Both the position numbers and the translations under genes were made by a program. A stretch of 64,000 nt of DNA from an uncultured Armatimonadia bacterium (GTDB lineage Bacteria > Armatimonadota > Zipacnadia > CAVVLO01): NCBI GenBank assembly GCA_963749155.1, contig CAVVLO010000002.1:1184001-1248000 (forward strand). The letters run 5' to 3'. Below are positions 29,721 to 40,399 of the stretch, piece by piece (the first letter of the stretch is position 1; each line of letters begins with the position of its first letter). The notes below the pieces were generated by a model that had not been told where the DNA came from, did not search any database, and saw only the letters and a list, made by a program, of their open reading frames with translations.

Positions 29721-32696
29721 CTAATCTACATAGCTCAGATGGACGATCCCTCGTGAATCTGTCCCTCCATCTGGACGCATCAGCAGGCGCAGTTCGTATT
29801 TTGCGCCCTCTTTCCTTTCTGGCAGTTCAAGGCTGTATGAATTGGCGTCTCGACTTCCGCCGCTCCAACCGCGATGGGCATCTCTGGCCACAACCTGGCC
29901 GTCCTCCAGCAGCTCTACCAGGGTGCTCTCCAGTCCGGCGGCGCCTTGCCGGTAGTCGAAAGTCACAGTCCAGCGACCTGGTTTGGTCAGGTAAGCCGTC
30001 ACGTCTACAAGCTGTTCATTCTGTTCCTTGTCACTCATCGTATTCGGCTGCCACTCATAAACCTGATAGGTCTCTGTGGGCGGGATTCCCGCCTCTTCGG
30101 CAAGTGGAAGCTCCTCTGGACGCTCTCTCGCCAACCTCGCCAGGTTGTCTGCAAGCTCTACTGTCTCTGCCTGCCTTGCCTCCAGTGCCGCAATATCTCC
30201 TGCGTAGTGTCCCAGGTTATCAATCGCCCAGCGATATTCCGAGATAAGAGGAGTGTATTTGCTTGCGAGCGCCGCTGCAGCGAGTTCTGCCTTTGCAAGC
30301 GCTTCCCAGCGCGCCTCGCCCTCGGCTTTTCGGGCTACCGCATACAACTGTGAGATTTCGCTTAACAAAAGCAACCTGTCGGACACCAGTCTGTGCAGCC
30401 TCAGGCTTGCCCTGGCGCATCTTATGGTCACATGATTCCGTGTGGCTTCTCTGTCCAGCTCCATCAGGCACTGAAGCGCGATGTCCAGACTGCGTTGTGC
30501 CTGTTTTGCCGCTGTAATATCGTTGCCTGCTCTTTCGATAAAGGCCTGATTTGGCAGCCAACACAACTTGCTAACTTCCGAGCTGCTGCCCCAGGGCGCT
30601 GGCGCGCCTAATATCCCTGCCTCATAAAGCCCCTTCCTGACAAGCTCTGCGGCGTCTGCGCCTTCTACCCCAAACCAGTCCTTTGCAAATTTGCGGTCAT
30701 ACCAGAGCCCCGGCGGGGTAGCGGTGTTCCAGGCGGCCTCTGCCGAATATATCATCCCATACCAACTGTTCTCATACAGCGCTCCGTACATAAGCTCCCA
30801 GGTCGTGCAGCAGACTCCACGTACCCCTTCAGCTCGCGCCGCGTTGTAGAAAGTCTGGATGCTCCGGAAAGTGGTCGGATGGTCCGGCCAGATGCGCGAA
30901 TAATCCACCACCGAAGGGCAGGCATATAGATTCTGAAATCCAGCCTCCTTGTACTTGGCGAGGGTTGGATACGCCGATGGTCCGTGGTAAATCCACTCAA
31001 AGGGTATGCTGTCCATCGGCATCAGGTCGGCATACTCGAGCGAGATCTCCTCCTCCCCTGGGCCAAACCGGTCCTTCGCAGTCCAGAAGAGCATCTGCTT
31101 GCCGCGCTTCTTTACCAACTCATTCAGCCGACTCATATGCAGCGCATACAAGGCGCCCTTGCCCTGCTTCTCAACATAAGCCTTACACTGGGGACACTTG
31201 CCAAAGCTCCACTCGAACTCATCTCCGCCTATATGGATGAAGGGGCTATACGGAAAAGCCTGGGCCAGTTCTCCCATCACCGTATCGAGAAACTCCCAGG
31301 TCTTCGGCTCGCTCGTGCAGAACACCCAGGCATCGCCTGCCTCGCGCAGTTGCTCGAGCTCTGGATGAGATAGCACCGCGCCAGCATGGCCAAGCGACTC
31401 ATACTGGGGAATCAGTTGCATCTGGTGCTTATGGGCATACTCGCCGAGCTCTAGCGCTTTGGCAGCGTCCATCGTGCCAGGCCTGCCCAGGAAGGGGTAC
31501 GCTTTGAACTGGAAATCATCCTCCATATAGATCATCAGCTGGTTAATCTTCCGCGCTGCCAGTTGGGAGATAAACCTTTTCATATATTCCAGGTCGATTG
31601 TCTGCCCGCGCGCCAGGTCATACTGCACCATCCGCCAGGGGAAGTCCGGCCAGTCTTTGATGACCACCCCGGCAAGCCGGGCTCCCTTCTCAGGCACTAG
31701 CTGCCGCAGTGTCTGGGCTGCATAGAACAGCCCCGCCGCTCCCCGACCGACAGCCAGCGCGCCGGTTGCCGAACTCGCCAGCCAATAACCCTCGGGCGAA
31801 TCCGGCACCTCGGCCTTCACGCCTCCCACCAGCCTGCGAGCTGTGCTAATCAGGGCGTCATCCCGGCCAGGCTGAGCCAGCACGATTGCCCTGTCAGGCA
31901 GCGGCTCACCAGGCCTCCAACGCGCCACCCGCGAGGGGAAGCCTCTCTCCTGCAGTCGCCAGGCCACCAGTTGGGCCGCGAAGTGGTCCTCCTTTGGCGC
32001 GTTGACCGCTATGACCACCACCGAGCCCTTCTCCAGCTCCAAATCGCTGTCGACAAAAGTTAGTTCTTTCGGTTCAGGGATAAGAAGGACGCCTTTCGTT
32101 GCCTGCTGCTTGCGCGCAGCCAGCAACCTGGGCCAGCTCGAATCCGGCGTCGTCGCGCTGGCATACATATCGCGACCAGCGTTGTCGTCGAGGTAATAAG
32201 TGCCTCTGTCGCCCTCAACTTCCATCGAGACGAACAAATCAAGATACCCGCGCTCCAGGTCCTCTTCTCTCACGAACTCCGTCACATCGAGGGCCGAATA
32301 GTCCAGCGCGTTGAAGGCCTCTCCCCCTGCTGTGCAGTTGGCCTCCTCGACTAGTGGCCCGTCCACCGAATGGGCTCTGATAAGGATTGCGTATCGTGTG
32401 CCCTTGCCTGACAGCGCCACGAAGTTGTCCAGGTTTACGGTCAGCAGCAGTGGCCGCTCTTTGGGAAGCTCGAATCGCAGCTGCACCGGGACGCCGTTTT
32501 CCATACCCGGTAGCAGATAACTCTCTCCCTGCGGAGTAGGAGGCAGCGTCTCGAGCTTGGTCGAGGCGGTCGAAAGGTCTATCCCATATTGCTGCAATTC
32601 TGCCAGTTGCGGGGCTAGCCCCTGCCCTGTGCAGGTTGTCGCAAGCAGGGAAACCACCAGCCAGAGCAAAGAAGACCAGGTACGAGTGGGGCTCAT
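29721..32696 (-). CDS. Secreted GH20 beta-N-acetylhexosaminidase-like multidomain protein
   Basis: Signal peptide, GH20b domain (LIPEPK...GLFYAAQTLRQL), DWPDFPWR, catalytic HIGGDE. Confidence 0.85.
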   Translation of the reverse strand: MSPTRTWSSLLWLVVSLLATTCTGQGLAPQLAELQQYGIDLSTASTKLETLPPTPQGESYLLPGMENGVPVQLRFELPKERPLLLTVNLDNFVALSGKGTRYAILIRAHSVDGPLVEEANCTAGGEAFNALDYSALDVTEFVREEDLERGYLDLFVSMEVEGDRGTYYLDDNAGRDMYASATTPDSSWPRLLAARKQQATKGVLLIPEPKELTFVDSDLELEKGSVVVIAVNAPKEDHFAAQLVAWRLQERGFPSRVARWRPGEPLPDRAIVLAQPGRDDALISTARRLVGGVKAEVPDSPEGYWLASSATGALAVGRGAAGLFYAAQTLRQLVPEKGARLAGVVIKDWPDFPWRMVQYDLARGQTIDLEYMKRFISQLAARKINQLMIYMEDDFQFKAYPFLGRPGTMDAAKALELGEYAHKHQMQLIPQYESLGHAGAVLSHPELEQLREAGDAWVFCTSEPKTWEFLDTVMGELAQAFPYSPFIHIGGDEFEWSFGKCPQCKAYVEKQGKGALYALHMSRLNELVKKRGKQMLFWTAKDRFGPGEEEISLEYADLMPMDSIPFEWIYHGPSAYPTLAKYKEAGFQNLYACPSVVDYSRIWPDHPTTFRSIQTFYNAARAEGVRGVCCTTWELMYGALYENSWYGMIYSAEAAWNTATPPGLWYDRKFAKDWFGVEGADAAELVRKGLYEAGILGAPAPWGSSSEVSKLCWLPNQAFIERAGNDITAAKQAQRSLDIALQCLMELDREATRNHVTIRCARASLRLHRLVSDRLLLLSEISQLYAVARKAEGEARWEALAKAELAAAALASKYTPLISEYRWAIDNLGHYAGDIAALEARQAETVELADNLARLARERPEELPLAEEAGIPPTETYQVYEWQPNTMSDKEQNEQLVDVTAYLTKPGRWTVTFDYRQGAAGLESTLVELLEDGQVVARDAHRGWSGGSRDANSYSLELPERKEGAKYELRLLMRPDGGTDSRGIVHLSYVD

Positions 32697-32769
32697 GTGG
32701 GCCCACCTCCTGCATCAGAATACTGCAAGCCGGCACTTCTCCCTGCCGGCTTTCTAAGGGAGCCTTATA

Positions 32770-35700
32770 ATGGCACGCCTTGTCGCTCTAGTGATTCTGC
32801 TCTTCCTGCTTGCGCCCTTCGCCTGGACTGCCCCTGCTGCACCGGGCTTTATCACCGACTGGCAGCTCCTTGGCGCCTTCGATAATCCTGAGGGTAGCCA
32901 GCCCAATGCTTCTGGCTTCCGGCAGGATTTCCTTGGGGGCGAAGCAACCGCCAGCCCAGCTCAAAGGTCTCTGGCAGGTAAACAGTGGAAGCCAGCGACT
33001 ACCGACCCTGACGGCTGGCTCAACCTGGTTGGCCAGTTTGACCGCAACGAGAACGCCGTCGCTTATGCTGCCACGACACTGGATAGCCCCTCTCTGCTCA
33101 TCGCCGCTGCTGTATTCAACAGCGATGATGGGGCGAAGCTCTGGCTCAATGGAGAACTGGTTTATGAGCGCGACGGACCCCATGGCAAACCCGAACCCGG
33201 CTCCCTTGTCAACCTGAGGCTGAAGCCTGGCTCCAATCAGTTGTTGGTGAAGATCGTCCAGGGCGTTGGCGACTGGGGTTGTTCACTGCGCCTGCTCAAC
33301 CTGGTAGATATGTCCACCGCTACCAGCCCCTTGCCCTTCGCCCTTACCCGGATAGGCGAATCCTCCGATGGCCACAACCTGCTCGAGGTGCTGCTCGCTA
33401 ATCCGCTTGCCCAGGAATTGGCAGGCGAAGTCGTCCTCAGTGCGCCAGGCAGCAGTGCTGCTCCGCGCATCCAGGTCAGCCTTGCCCCGCAGGCTATCAC
33501 CGCTGTCCGGATGCCTCTTGCCACCCGTTTGGCCCTGGCCGAAACTGTCTCGGTAGAAGTACGTCTGGTCACCCAGGCCGGCATCAGTAAAGCTACCTTT
33601 GACCTGCTGCTCTCGCCCCAATCGAAGCCTGGCGCCGCCTATATTGTTAACCACTGGCATTATGACCCAGTCTGGTGGGCTACTCAGGAATACTACACCC
33701 CAATAGGCCTGACCAACTGCCGCCTCTTCTTCGAATATGCCCAGGCTGATCCCGATTTCGGTGGTATTTTTGCCGAACTTGACTATCTCAAGCCCTGGCT
33801 CATCGTGGGACGCGGGGGAAGGGACGACCTTTTCACCTACCAGAAGACAGGCCAGCTCGAAATCGCCGGAGGGGGCTACTGCGAACCTGCAGAACCCAAC
33901 TGCGGCGCCGAAGCCCTCGCTCGCAACTTTATATATGGGGTTCTGTACAAGCGCGCTTTATTCGATGCGACCTCGCCCGCGGGGATGCAGAACGACGTCT
34001 TTGGCCACACTCCCCAGTTACCCCAGTTGCTCCAGGGCACAGGCCACAAGTATTCTTTTTGGAGCCGAGGCAATCCCGAATCCTGCCCCCCCAACTATTC
34101 CTGGCTCGCTCCAGACGGCAGCACTGTGCTCCACAAGCGCGAGGGCTATGGCAACGGTTATTTCCTGTCAGGTTTCACGCCTGATGTGACCGATCTCCCA
34201 ACTCTGGAATCCCCTTATCGCGCTCTGCAAAGCAACTATCAAGGCCAGCGCGCCGCCTCGGGCTGCCCTCTGACCTTGTTTATGGCTGGCACTGATTTCA
34301 CCGCGCCTATTCCTTATCTGGGCGCCCTCGAGCGCTATGGCAACGCCCAGGGAGAGATTCCCCAGGTGAAGGTAGGCCCTGTGACCGACTTCTTCACCGC
34401 GCTCGAAGACTGGTACGCTGCCCGTCCGCTCGAGCTGCGCGAGATAAGCCGTGACCAGAATCCCTATATGCCCGGTTGTTATACCTCTTATGTGGATACC
34501 AAACTCGCCAACCGCCTGGCAGAACGCCAACTGACCGAAGCCGAGAGCTTCGCCACCATCGCCTCCCTCCTCGGCGCCACTTATCCCGAAGCTGCCCTCG
34601 ACAAGGCCTGGCGGCAGATTCTCTTCTGCCAGCACCACGATGCCATCACTGGCAGCGAAGGCTCTATGACTTATCTCGATTTGCTCAAAGCCTGGCGAGA
34701 AGCCAACCAGCTCGCTGGTGAGGTCCTCGACAACTCGCTGGGTTATCTGGCCGGCGCTGTAGAGACCACCGCTGCCGGCGAAGCAACCGTGCCGCTTGTC
34801 GTTTTCAACCCCTCCTTTACTGATCGCAGTGACTTTGTGGAGCTGGTGCTTGAGCGCGCTCCCTTCGCTGATGGTGGAGTCAGGCTTGCAACCGGCGACG
34901 GGAGGGCGGTGCCCTGCGACCTGCTGGCCCGTGATGAAGCAAGTCTCAAACTGCGTTTCTGGGCGCGCGACCTCCCAGCCTTCGGTTACCGCGTCTATTA
35001 CGCCTCATCCACTTCGCAGACGCCCCTTGCGCCTGTGCCTACCCTGGCGCCCATTACTCTAGAAAACGACTTTTGGCGTTTTGTGGTAGATCCCGCCAAA
35101 GGGGGCTGCATCACCAGTCTGCGTGACCGCAAGACGCTGACCGAGTGCCTTGATGTAAAGGGCGGCCACTACGGCAATGAAGTGATTTCTCTGGTCGAAG
35201 ACGGCACCCAGGCCGAAGCTCCCTGGTCTATCTATACCACCGGTCAGCACTGGTCCTCGGCCAACTGGCCTGCCCAGGTCTCGGTGGAATATGGCCGCAC
35301 CTGCACCCGGGTGCTCATCACCTCGCCCGAGCGGCGCGGTTCTTACTGGGAATGGGCTGGCAACAAGCCTGCGCGCCAGATTGAGGATGGCCAGGTACTT
35401 TGCGCTCTCAGGCAGGAATTGCTCCTCTACCCCCACTCGCCGATTATCCACTGCAAGACGACACTGCTCAACTACAGTGAGACCAACTTTATGTACAAGG
35501 TTGCCGTCCCAGCGTTATTGGCCGGCCGAGTTCCTCTCTTCGAAGAGCGCTTCTACACGATGGGCCGCGACTTCAATACCGAGCCTTTCAACTACACCTT
35601 GCATGCAAATCCTGCTGAACCAGGCCGCGAATACCCCACCACCGATTTCGCCGGGATTGGAACACCTGCAAGCCTGACGGTTGCTGGCAAGCCAGTCTTT

Positions 35701-37913
35701 GCACTTTCAACAGCCGAAGTCATCACCGAGGACACCGAATTGCTCGCCCAGTGCGCCGAGCCTCTCCAGCGCGCTCTGGTCCAGGCTGGAATCACCTGCA
35801 CACCGACTCTCGAGGCCGAAGACCACTCTCCTCGTTATTATCGAGTTCGCTTTGTGCTCTCTACGGGCGCCAGTCCCTTGGCAACCAGTCTCCTGAAAGC
35901 TGCAGGAACCAGGGCTACAGCTGCTGCTGATCGCCAGTTGCATACAACTGGTCAGGCCCGGCTGGTCGTGCCCGGCCTGGCAAACAGTCCGACCGTCCCC
36001 TGCATACTGCTGCTTGCCTCTGATCAGACCAGCTTGCGCGCATTGGTAGCTCAGATTGCTGCCGAACTCGCCTCGGGAAGCCTTGTTATCCCTCCCAGTG
36101 CGGTTTACGCAGAGCTTGGAGAAGCCCCCAAGCCCGGCGGCCTGGTGCTGCTCAACCGTTGGAATGCAGGTGCCGCTATCGAACAAGATGGCCTGGTTAC
36201 CCTCACCCTGCTGCGCTCCTCAACCGGTTGGCCTTCGACGACTGGCTACAACCACAATTTCGAAGCCTCCAACTGGACCGAGCGATTCGAGTATGGCTTG
36301 CTTCCCTTCACCACTGATTGGCGCGAGGCCGACGTGGTCCAACTGGCGGACGACTACAACCGGCCGCTGCTTGCTCAGCCCACAGAAGTCCACACGGGGC
36401 CGCTACCGACCGAGCAGAGCTTTGCCCGGCTTGACGCGCCTGGCGCGCTCGTGGCCTCTCTCAAGCCGAGCCGGCTACCAGACCTGCGTCTTCAGTGACT
36501 CACCGGCTGATCCAACACGACTGGCTCTGCGCGCCTGGGACACCACCGGTCGAGGCGTTTCCGGCCAGTTCCAGCTCTTCTTGCCCCTAAAGCAAGCCTC
36601 CAGCGCGAACCTGCTTGAGGAACCACAGACTAGAGCTTCGCTCGATAAAGGAAAACTTCTGATTGACCTGGCCCCTTGCCAGATCGGCACCTGGCTTGCC
36701 GAGTGTGATAGACCAAAACAGCTTGCTACCGGCACTCGGCACCTTGGTGCTACTCAGGATCCCATCCAGCCTGTTTGGGCTCGCTATTGGCAATACTCGA
36801 GTGGCACTTGGGCACTTGGTGGCCAACCAGTCTCGGTTGCGCTGTTTGAGGAGGACGACAACGTTATCGCCTGCCTTACCAATGATCTGCCTGACAAGGC
36901 AGCCGAGGTCGAGCTTGTGTTGCTTACTGGTGATCCAGTCCTGTCAAAGGCGCCTTCTGCTACCTCGCATACGATTCCCGCGCGAGGCCGCCAGGAGATT
37001 CCAGTCGAAGCGCCTGCTGATGTGAAAGTCGTACGCGCCACAATCGAATATGAAGGGCAACAGTATTCCGATACCCTTGTGCGGGGCTCTTTTGACACGC
37101 CGGCTGTCCGTTTTGCACTGTCGGATACCGAAGCCCAGTATGAGGAACTGCTTCTGACCGGCGAGTGGGCCTTCAACCTCACCGACTCACTCGCTGCGGT
37201 GAAGCCTGACTCGCCCCTCAAAGCCGATGCCCAACTGGTACTTGAGTCGTTATTGGGAGGCTCAGGGCTTTGCCGGCAAAGATGGCCGGGCCGTCTATCG
37301 TAGAGAAGTACTTATCCCGCAGACTTTCGCCACGGGCCAGCTTGCTCTGCTGTGTGAGGGGGGAGTTGACGACAAACTTGAGGTCTATCTCAACGGCCAG
37401 CTCGCCGGTCGGTACGATGGCCAGGCCAACCAGCGCTGCTTCATCACGCTCGATACAGCAACTGTGAAGTTCGGTCAGCCCAACCTTATCGCTCTGCGCG
37501 TACTCGACACTGGTGGTGATGGGGGTTTCGCTGGGCCAGTCTTCCTGATGGCAGGTGAACTCGACAGTCTGCTGACCGAAGCCGCTGGCGAGTTGGTGCT
37601 TCACCCCGGCCAGACAGCCCAGTTGCCAATCCAACTGAGCAACACCAATGCCTTCCTGGTAACCGGCGAGCTTCAACTGCTTAGCCCTGTCCAGACCTGG
37701 CCCGGCGCTGCATCCCGAGAGCTTGGCGACCTGGCAATCACCCCTGATGTGCAGCCGATTGTCCTTGCGGCAGGAGAGAGCAAGACCTTCACCTGCCAGG
37801 TGCAAGTGCCCAGTTGGGCCGAACCGGGTACTTACTGGTGCCTTGCCCGTCTGGGCACGATGGGCAGGCTCAGCTATTCAAAGCTACTCCAACTGGTAGT
37901 CGAAGCGAACTAG
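32770..37913 (+). CDS. Large secreted GH38 alpha-mannosidase-like protein, two +1 frameshifts (near 36469 and 37221)
   Basis: HWHYDPVW zinc motif, NDVFGH nucleophile, QHHDAITG. Three consecutive ORFs join by removing one A each; about 1713 aa. C-terminal beta-sandwich (GGVDD..VYLNG). Confidence 0.82.
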
Positions 37914-37934
37914 ACGGTTGCCGACCTGCAAAGC

Positions 37935-37972
37935 AAGAAGGGCCCCGGCGCTTGCCGGAGCCCTTCCTCTTC
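37935..37972. terminator. Probable bidirectional terminator
   Basis: GAAGGGCCCCGGC-GCTT-GCCGGAGCCCTTC between convergent genes. Confidence 0.65.
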
Positions 37973-37994
37973 TACTTTATCGAGTGGGGACAAC

Positions 37995-38645
37995 CTAGAA
38001 ATTCATGTTGTAGCTGACGCCCCAGCCATTTTCATCCGCTTCGAACCAGCCAATTGTAAGGGTCAGTGCGGGCAGGTCGGGATGGGTATAGCGCACGCCC
38101 CAGTTCCAGTCTTCCGAGTCCCACTCGGCGATTGCCTGCAGGCCGAAGTCCCAGATGACCTCGCCGCCAGCGAACAAGGCGTCATACATGCCACCGCCGA
38201 TGCCAGCGCTGAGATTGATTGCTGGTGCCAGTCCACCTTCACTAGGTTGATAGCTGTAGGTGCCGGCCACATACATACTGCGGTCTTCTTCATCCGAGAT
38301 GTCCATTACTCCGACAGCCAGCTTGAGTGGGAGCAAATCTTCGCCAGCAGCATCCTGGATTGGCAACAGGGCTTTGGCAGATAGCACATTGCGTCCATCG
38401 CCACCATTGTAATCGAAGCGAGTATAGGTGACTTCAAATTTGCCATCCAGCCCGAAGGTAGCCCCATACAGGTCAACATCTTCATAAGGTGCCCTGTAAT
38501 AGTTGACCAATAGAGCCCCGTCAGGTGCAACCAGAGCCGTCGGCACAAACAACAAGCCGGTCTGGCCCAGGAAATTCTGTCCGGCAAAGCTAACAGCTGT
38601 CAATCCGAGTACCAGGGCTACTGCAAGTAATAACGAACGCTTCAT
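37995..38645 (-). CDS. YjbH-like outer membrane beta-barrel protein (copy 4)
   Basis: Signal peptide, GQTGLLFVPTA, AVGVMDI, DWNWGVRY, C-terminal Phe. Confidence 0.75.
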   Translation of the reverse strand: MKRSLLLAVALVLGLTAVSFAGQNFLGQTGLLFVPTALVAPDGALLVNYYRAPYEDVDLYGATFGLDGKFEVTYTRFDYNGGDGRNVLSAKALLPIQDAAGEDLLPLKLAVGVMDISDEEDRSMYVAGTYSYQPSEGGLAPAINLSAGIGGGMYDALFAGGEVIWDFGLQAIAEWDSEDWNWGVRYTHPDLPALTLTIGWFEADENGWGVSYNMNF

Positions 38646-38684
38646 CTCGGTTCACTCTCCATCTGGTCGAAATGGTATTGCTCA

Positions 38685-38713
38685 ACTATACCACACACTA
38701 GTCACCTTACCAA
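38685..38713 (-). promoter_or_regulatory. Extended -10 promoter for barrel copy 4
   Basis: Minus strand TTGGTA-N17-TATAGT with TGTGG directly upstream of the -10. Confidence 0.6.
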
Positions 38714-38715
38714 AA

Positions 38716-38750
38716 CAAAAACGCGGACCCCCGTAAGGGTCCGCGTTTTG
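38716..38750 (-). terminator. Rho-independent terminator after barrel copy 3
   Basis: AAAACGCGGACCC-CCGTAA-GGGTCCGCGTTTT. Confidence 0.85.
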
Positions 38751-38770
38751 ACTACAGGTTGCTGAACTGG

Positions 38771-39448
38771 CTAGAAAGCCTGGTTGTAAGTGATAGAGAA
38801 AACGTCAGTTTCCCAGACATCGCTATAACCGATGGTCAGCTCGGGCATTGTATTCGGATTATACTCCAGGCCCCAGTTCCAATCTCGGTCGCTTTCGCCA
38901 GTGTCCAGCTTCTCGTACCAGGCGGCGAAGTCGCCCAGATCAGCCTTTATCGCATAAAAGACATCGTCGAACATCTCGTTACCAGTTCCCAGTGAGAACT
39001 CCAGGGTCGAGATAGCATCGCCAATAACTGGCTCACTCAGTTCGTAAGTGTAGGTGCCTACTACGAACCAACTACGAGCCCAGAAGTCATCAAACAGGTC
39101 GCCTACGCCCACCGCCAACTTAAAGGGCAAGTCGAACTCGGGGTCGTATTTAGTTAGGTCGAGTTGGTATTTGGCCGTGAAAACATCGTCATCGCCCCAT
39201 ACACCATCGAACTTGCTGTACCCTAGCTCTAAGTTGTTCCAGCCAATCCCCAGGTTCCAGATATTGAAGCTGTCTCCTGTATCAACATAACTGTATTGCC
39301 CGGTCACGCTCATACTTGGGATGACATTGGCACTTGGCACAGTGCTATAGCCAGTCGTTCCGTACCAGGTTATGGGCACTGCGCCGGCAGTTAGCATAAC
39401 TCCGACGAGTGCAACCACTACTACAAGGAAAACCAGCTTGCCTTTCAT
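38771..39448 (-). CDS. YjbH-like outer membrane beta-barrel protein (copy 3)
   Basis: MKGKLV signal peptide, GTTGYSTVPSA, AVGVGDL, DWNWGLEY, terminal YNQAF. Confidence 0.75.
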   Translation of the reverse strand: MKGKLVFLVVVVALVGVMLTAGAVPITWYGTTGYSTVPSANVIPSMSVTGQYSYVDTGDSFNIWNLGIGWNNLELGYSKFDGVWGDDDVFTAKYQLDLTKYDPEFDLPFKLAVGVGDLFDDFWARSWFVVGTYTYELSEPVIGDAISTLEFSLGTGNEMFDDVFYAIKADLGDFAAWYEKLDTGESDRDWNWGLEYNPNTMPELTIGYSDVWETDVFSITYNQAF

Positions 39449-39526
39449 ACTGCCTCCCGCGTTTTGAGGACGCCTCCTGTTGTATTGAGCCAGCCGTCGA
39501 GCCCACAAGCTCCGGCTTCAACTCCT
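39449..39526 (-). promoter_or_regulatory. Conserved structured 5' leader, copy B
   Basis: Near-identical to 40321-40398; nested hairpin with compensatory changes. Confidence 0.6.
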
Positions 39527-39547
39527 ACGGTACAGGTATCTGAAATC

Positions 39548-39558
39548 ACTATACCACA
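39548..39558 (-). promoter_or_regulatory. Extended -10 promoter for barrel copy 3
   Basis: Minus strand TGTGGTATAGT, identical to 38685-38695. Confidence 0.55.
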
Positions 39559-39580
39559 CGAAGCCTGAGTCCCCTGCCAA

Positions 39581-39612
39581 GAAAAAGCGCGGACCCCCGT
39601 AAGGGCCCGCGC
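39581..39612 (-). terminator. Rho-independent terminator after barrel copy 2
   Basis: GCGCGGACCC-CCGTAA-GGGCCCGCGC with a T-run on the minus strand; same loop as 38716-38750. Confidence 0.8.
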
Positions 39613-39636
39613 TCGGTACTACGCTCGAAATCCTGC

Positions 39637-40320
39637 TCAGAAGGCCAGGTTGTAGGCGGCGCTGAAGATGTCGGTGTCCCAGGTATCACTGTAGCCAACA
39701 GTCAGACCAGGCAGTGAATTGGGATTGTATTCGACACCCCAGTTCCAATCGCGGTCGCTTTCGCCACCTTCAATTTTCTCATACCAGGCGGCAAAATCGC
39801 CCAGGTCGGCCTTGATGCCGTAGAAGACATCGTCATACATCTCGTTGCCGGTACCCAGCGAGAACTCCAGGGTCGGGATTACGTCACCGATGATCGGTGA
39901 GCCAAGCTCGTAGCAATAGGTTCCTACGACATACCAGCTGCACCGAAGCCGCTGTTGTCGAAGATGTCGCCTACGCCAACGGCTACCTTTATGGGCAGAT
40001 CGAACTCGGGGTCGTATTTCGAGATGTCGAGTTGATACTTGGCCGAGAAGTAGTCCTCGTCACCGAAGGCGCCACTCCACTTGCTGTAGGTCGACTTCGA
40101 AGCCGTTCCAGCCGGCGCCGATGCTGTAGCAAGATCGATGCCGCCCTCCGCGTCGATGTAGTTGTACTGTCCGGTCGCGGTCATGCTTGGGATGACGTTG
40201 GCATCCGGCATGGTGCCGCAGGCCAGTCGCGCCACCGAAGGTCAGGGGGCCTGCGCCAGCGATAAATGCAACGCCGACAAGTGCAGCCATTACTGCGAGT
40301 AGAACAAGTTTGCCTTTCAT
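39637..40320 (-). pseudogene. YjbH-like beta-barrel (copy 2), about four single-base indels (pseudogene or sequence errors)
   Basis: Pieces in different frames align colinearly with copy 3 (MKGKLV...PDANVIPSM...KYDPEFDLP...DWNWGVEY...YNLAF). The net 684 nt is a multiple of 3. Confidence 0.7.
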
Positions 40321-40398
40321 AGTGCCTCCCGCGTTTATAGGACGCCTCCTGTTATTGAGGGTTAGCCGTCGAGCCCGCAAGCTCCGGCTTCAACCCCT
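40321..40398 (-). promoter_or_regulatory. Conserved structured 5' leader, copy A
   Basis: GGGTT-GA-AGCCG-GAGC-TTGCGG-GCTC-GA-CGGCT-AACCC, then CAGGAGGCGTCCT...ACGCGGGAGG. Confidence 0.6.
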
Positions 40399-40399
40399 G

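Noticed and set aside
38685..40398. CRISPR array or integron attC cassettes
   Set aside because: The repeats occur only twice and are explained as terminators, promoters and leaders of paralogous genes; no cas or intI gene is present.
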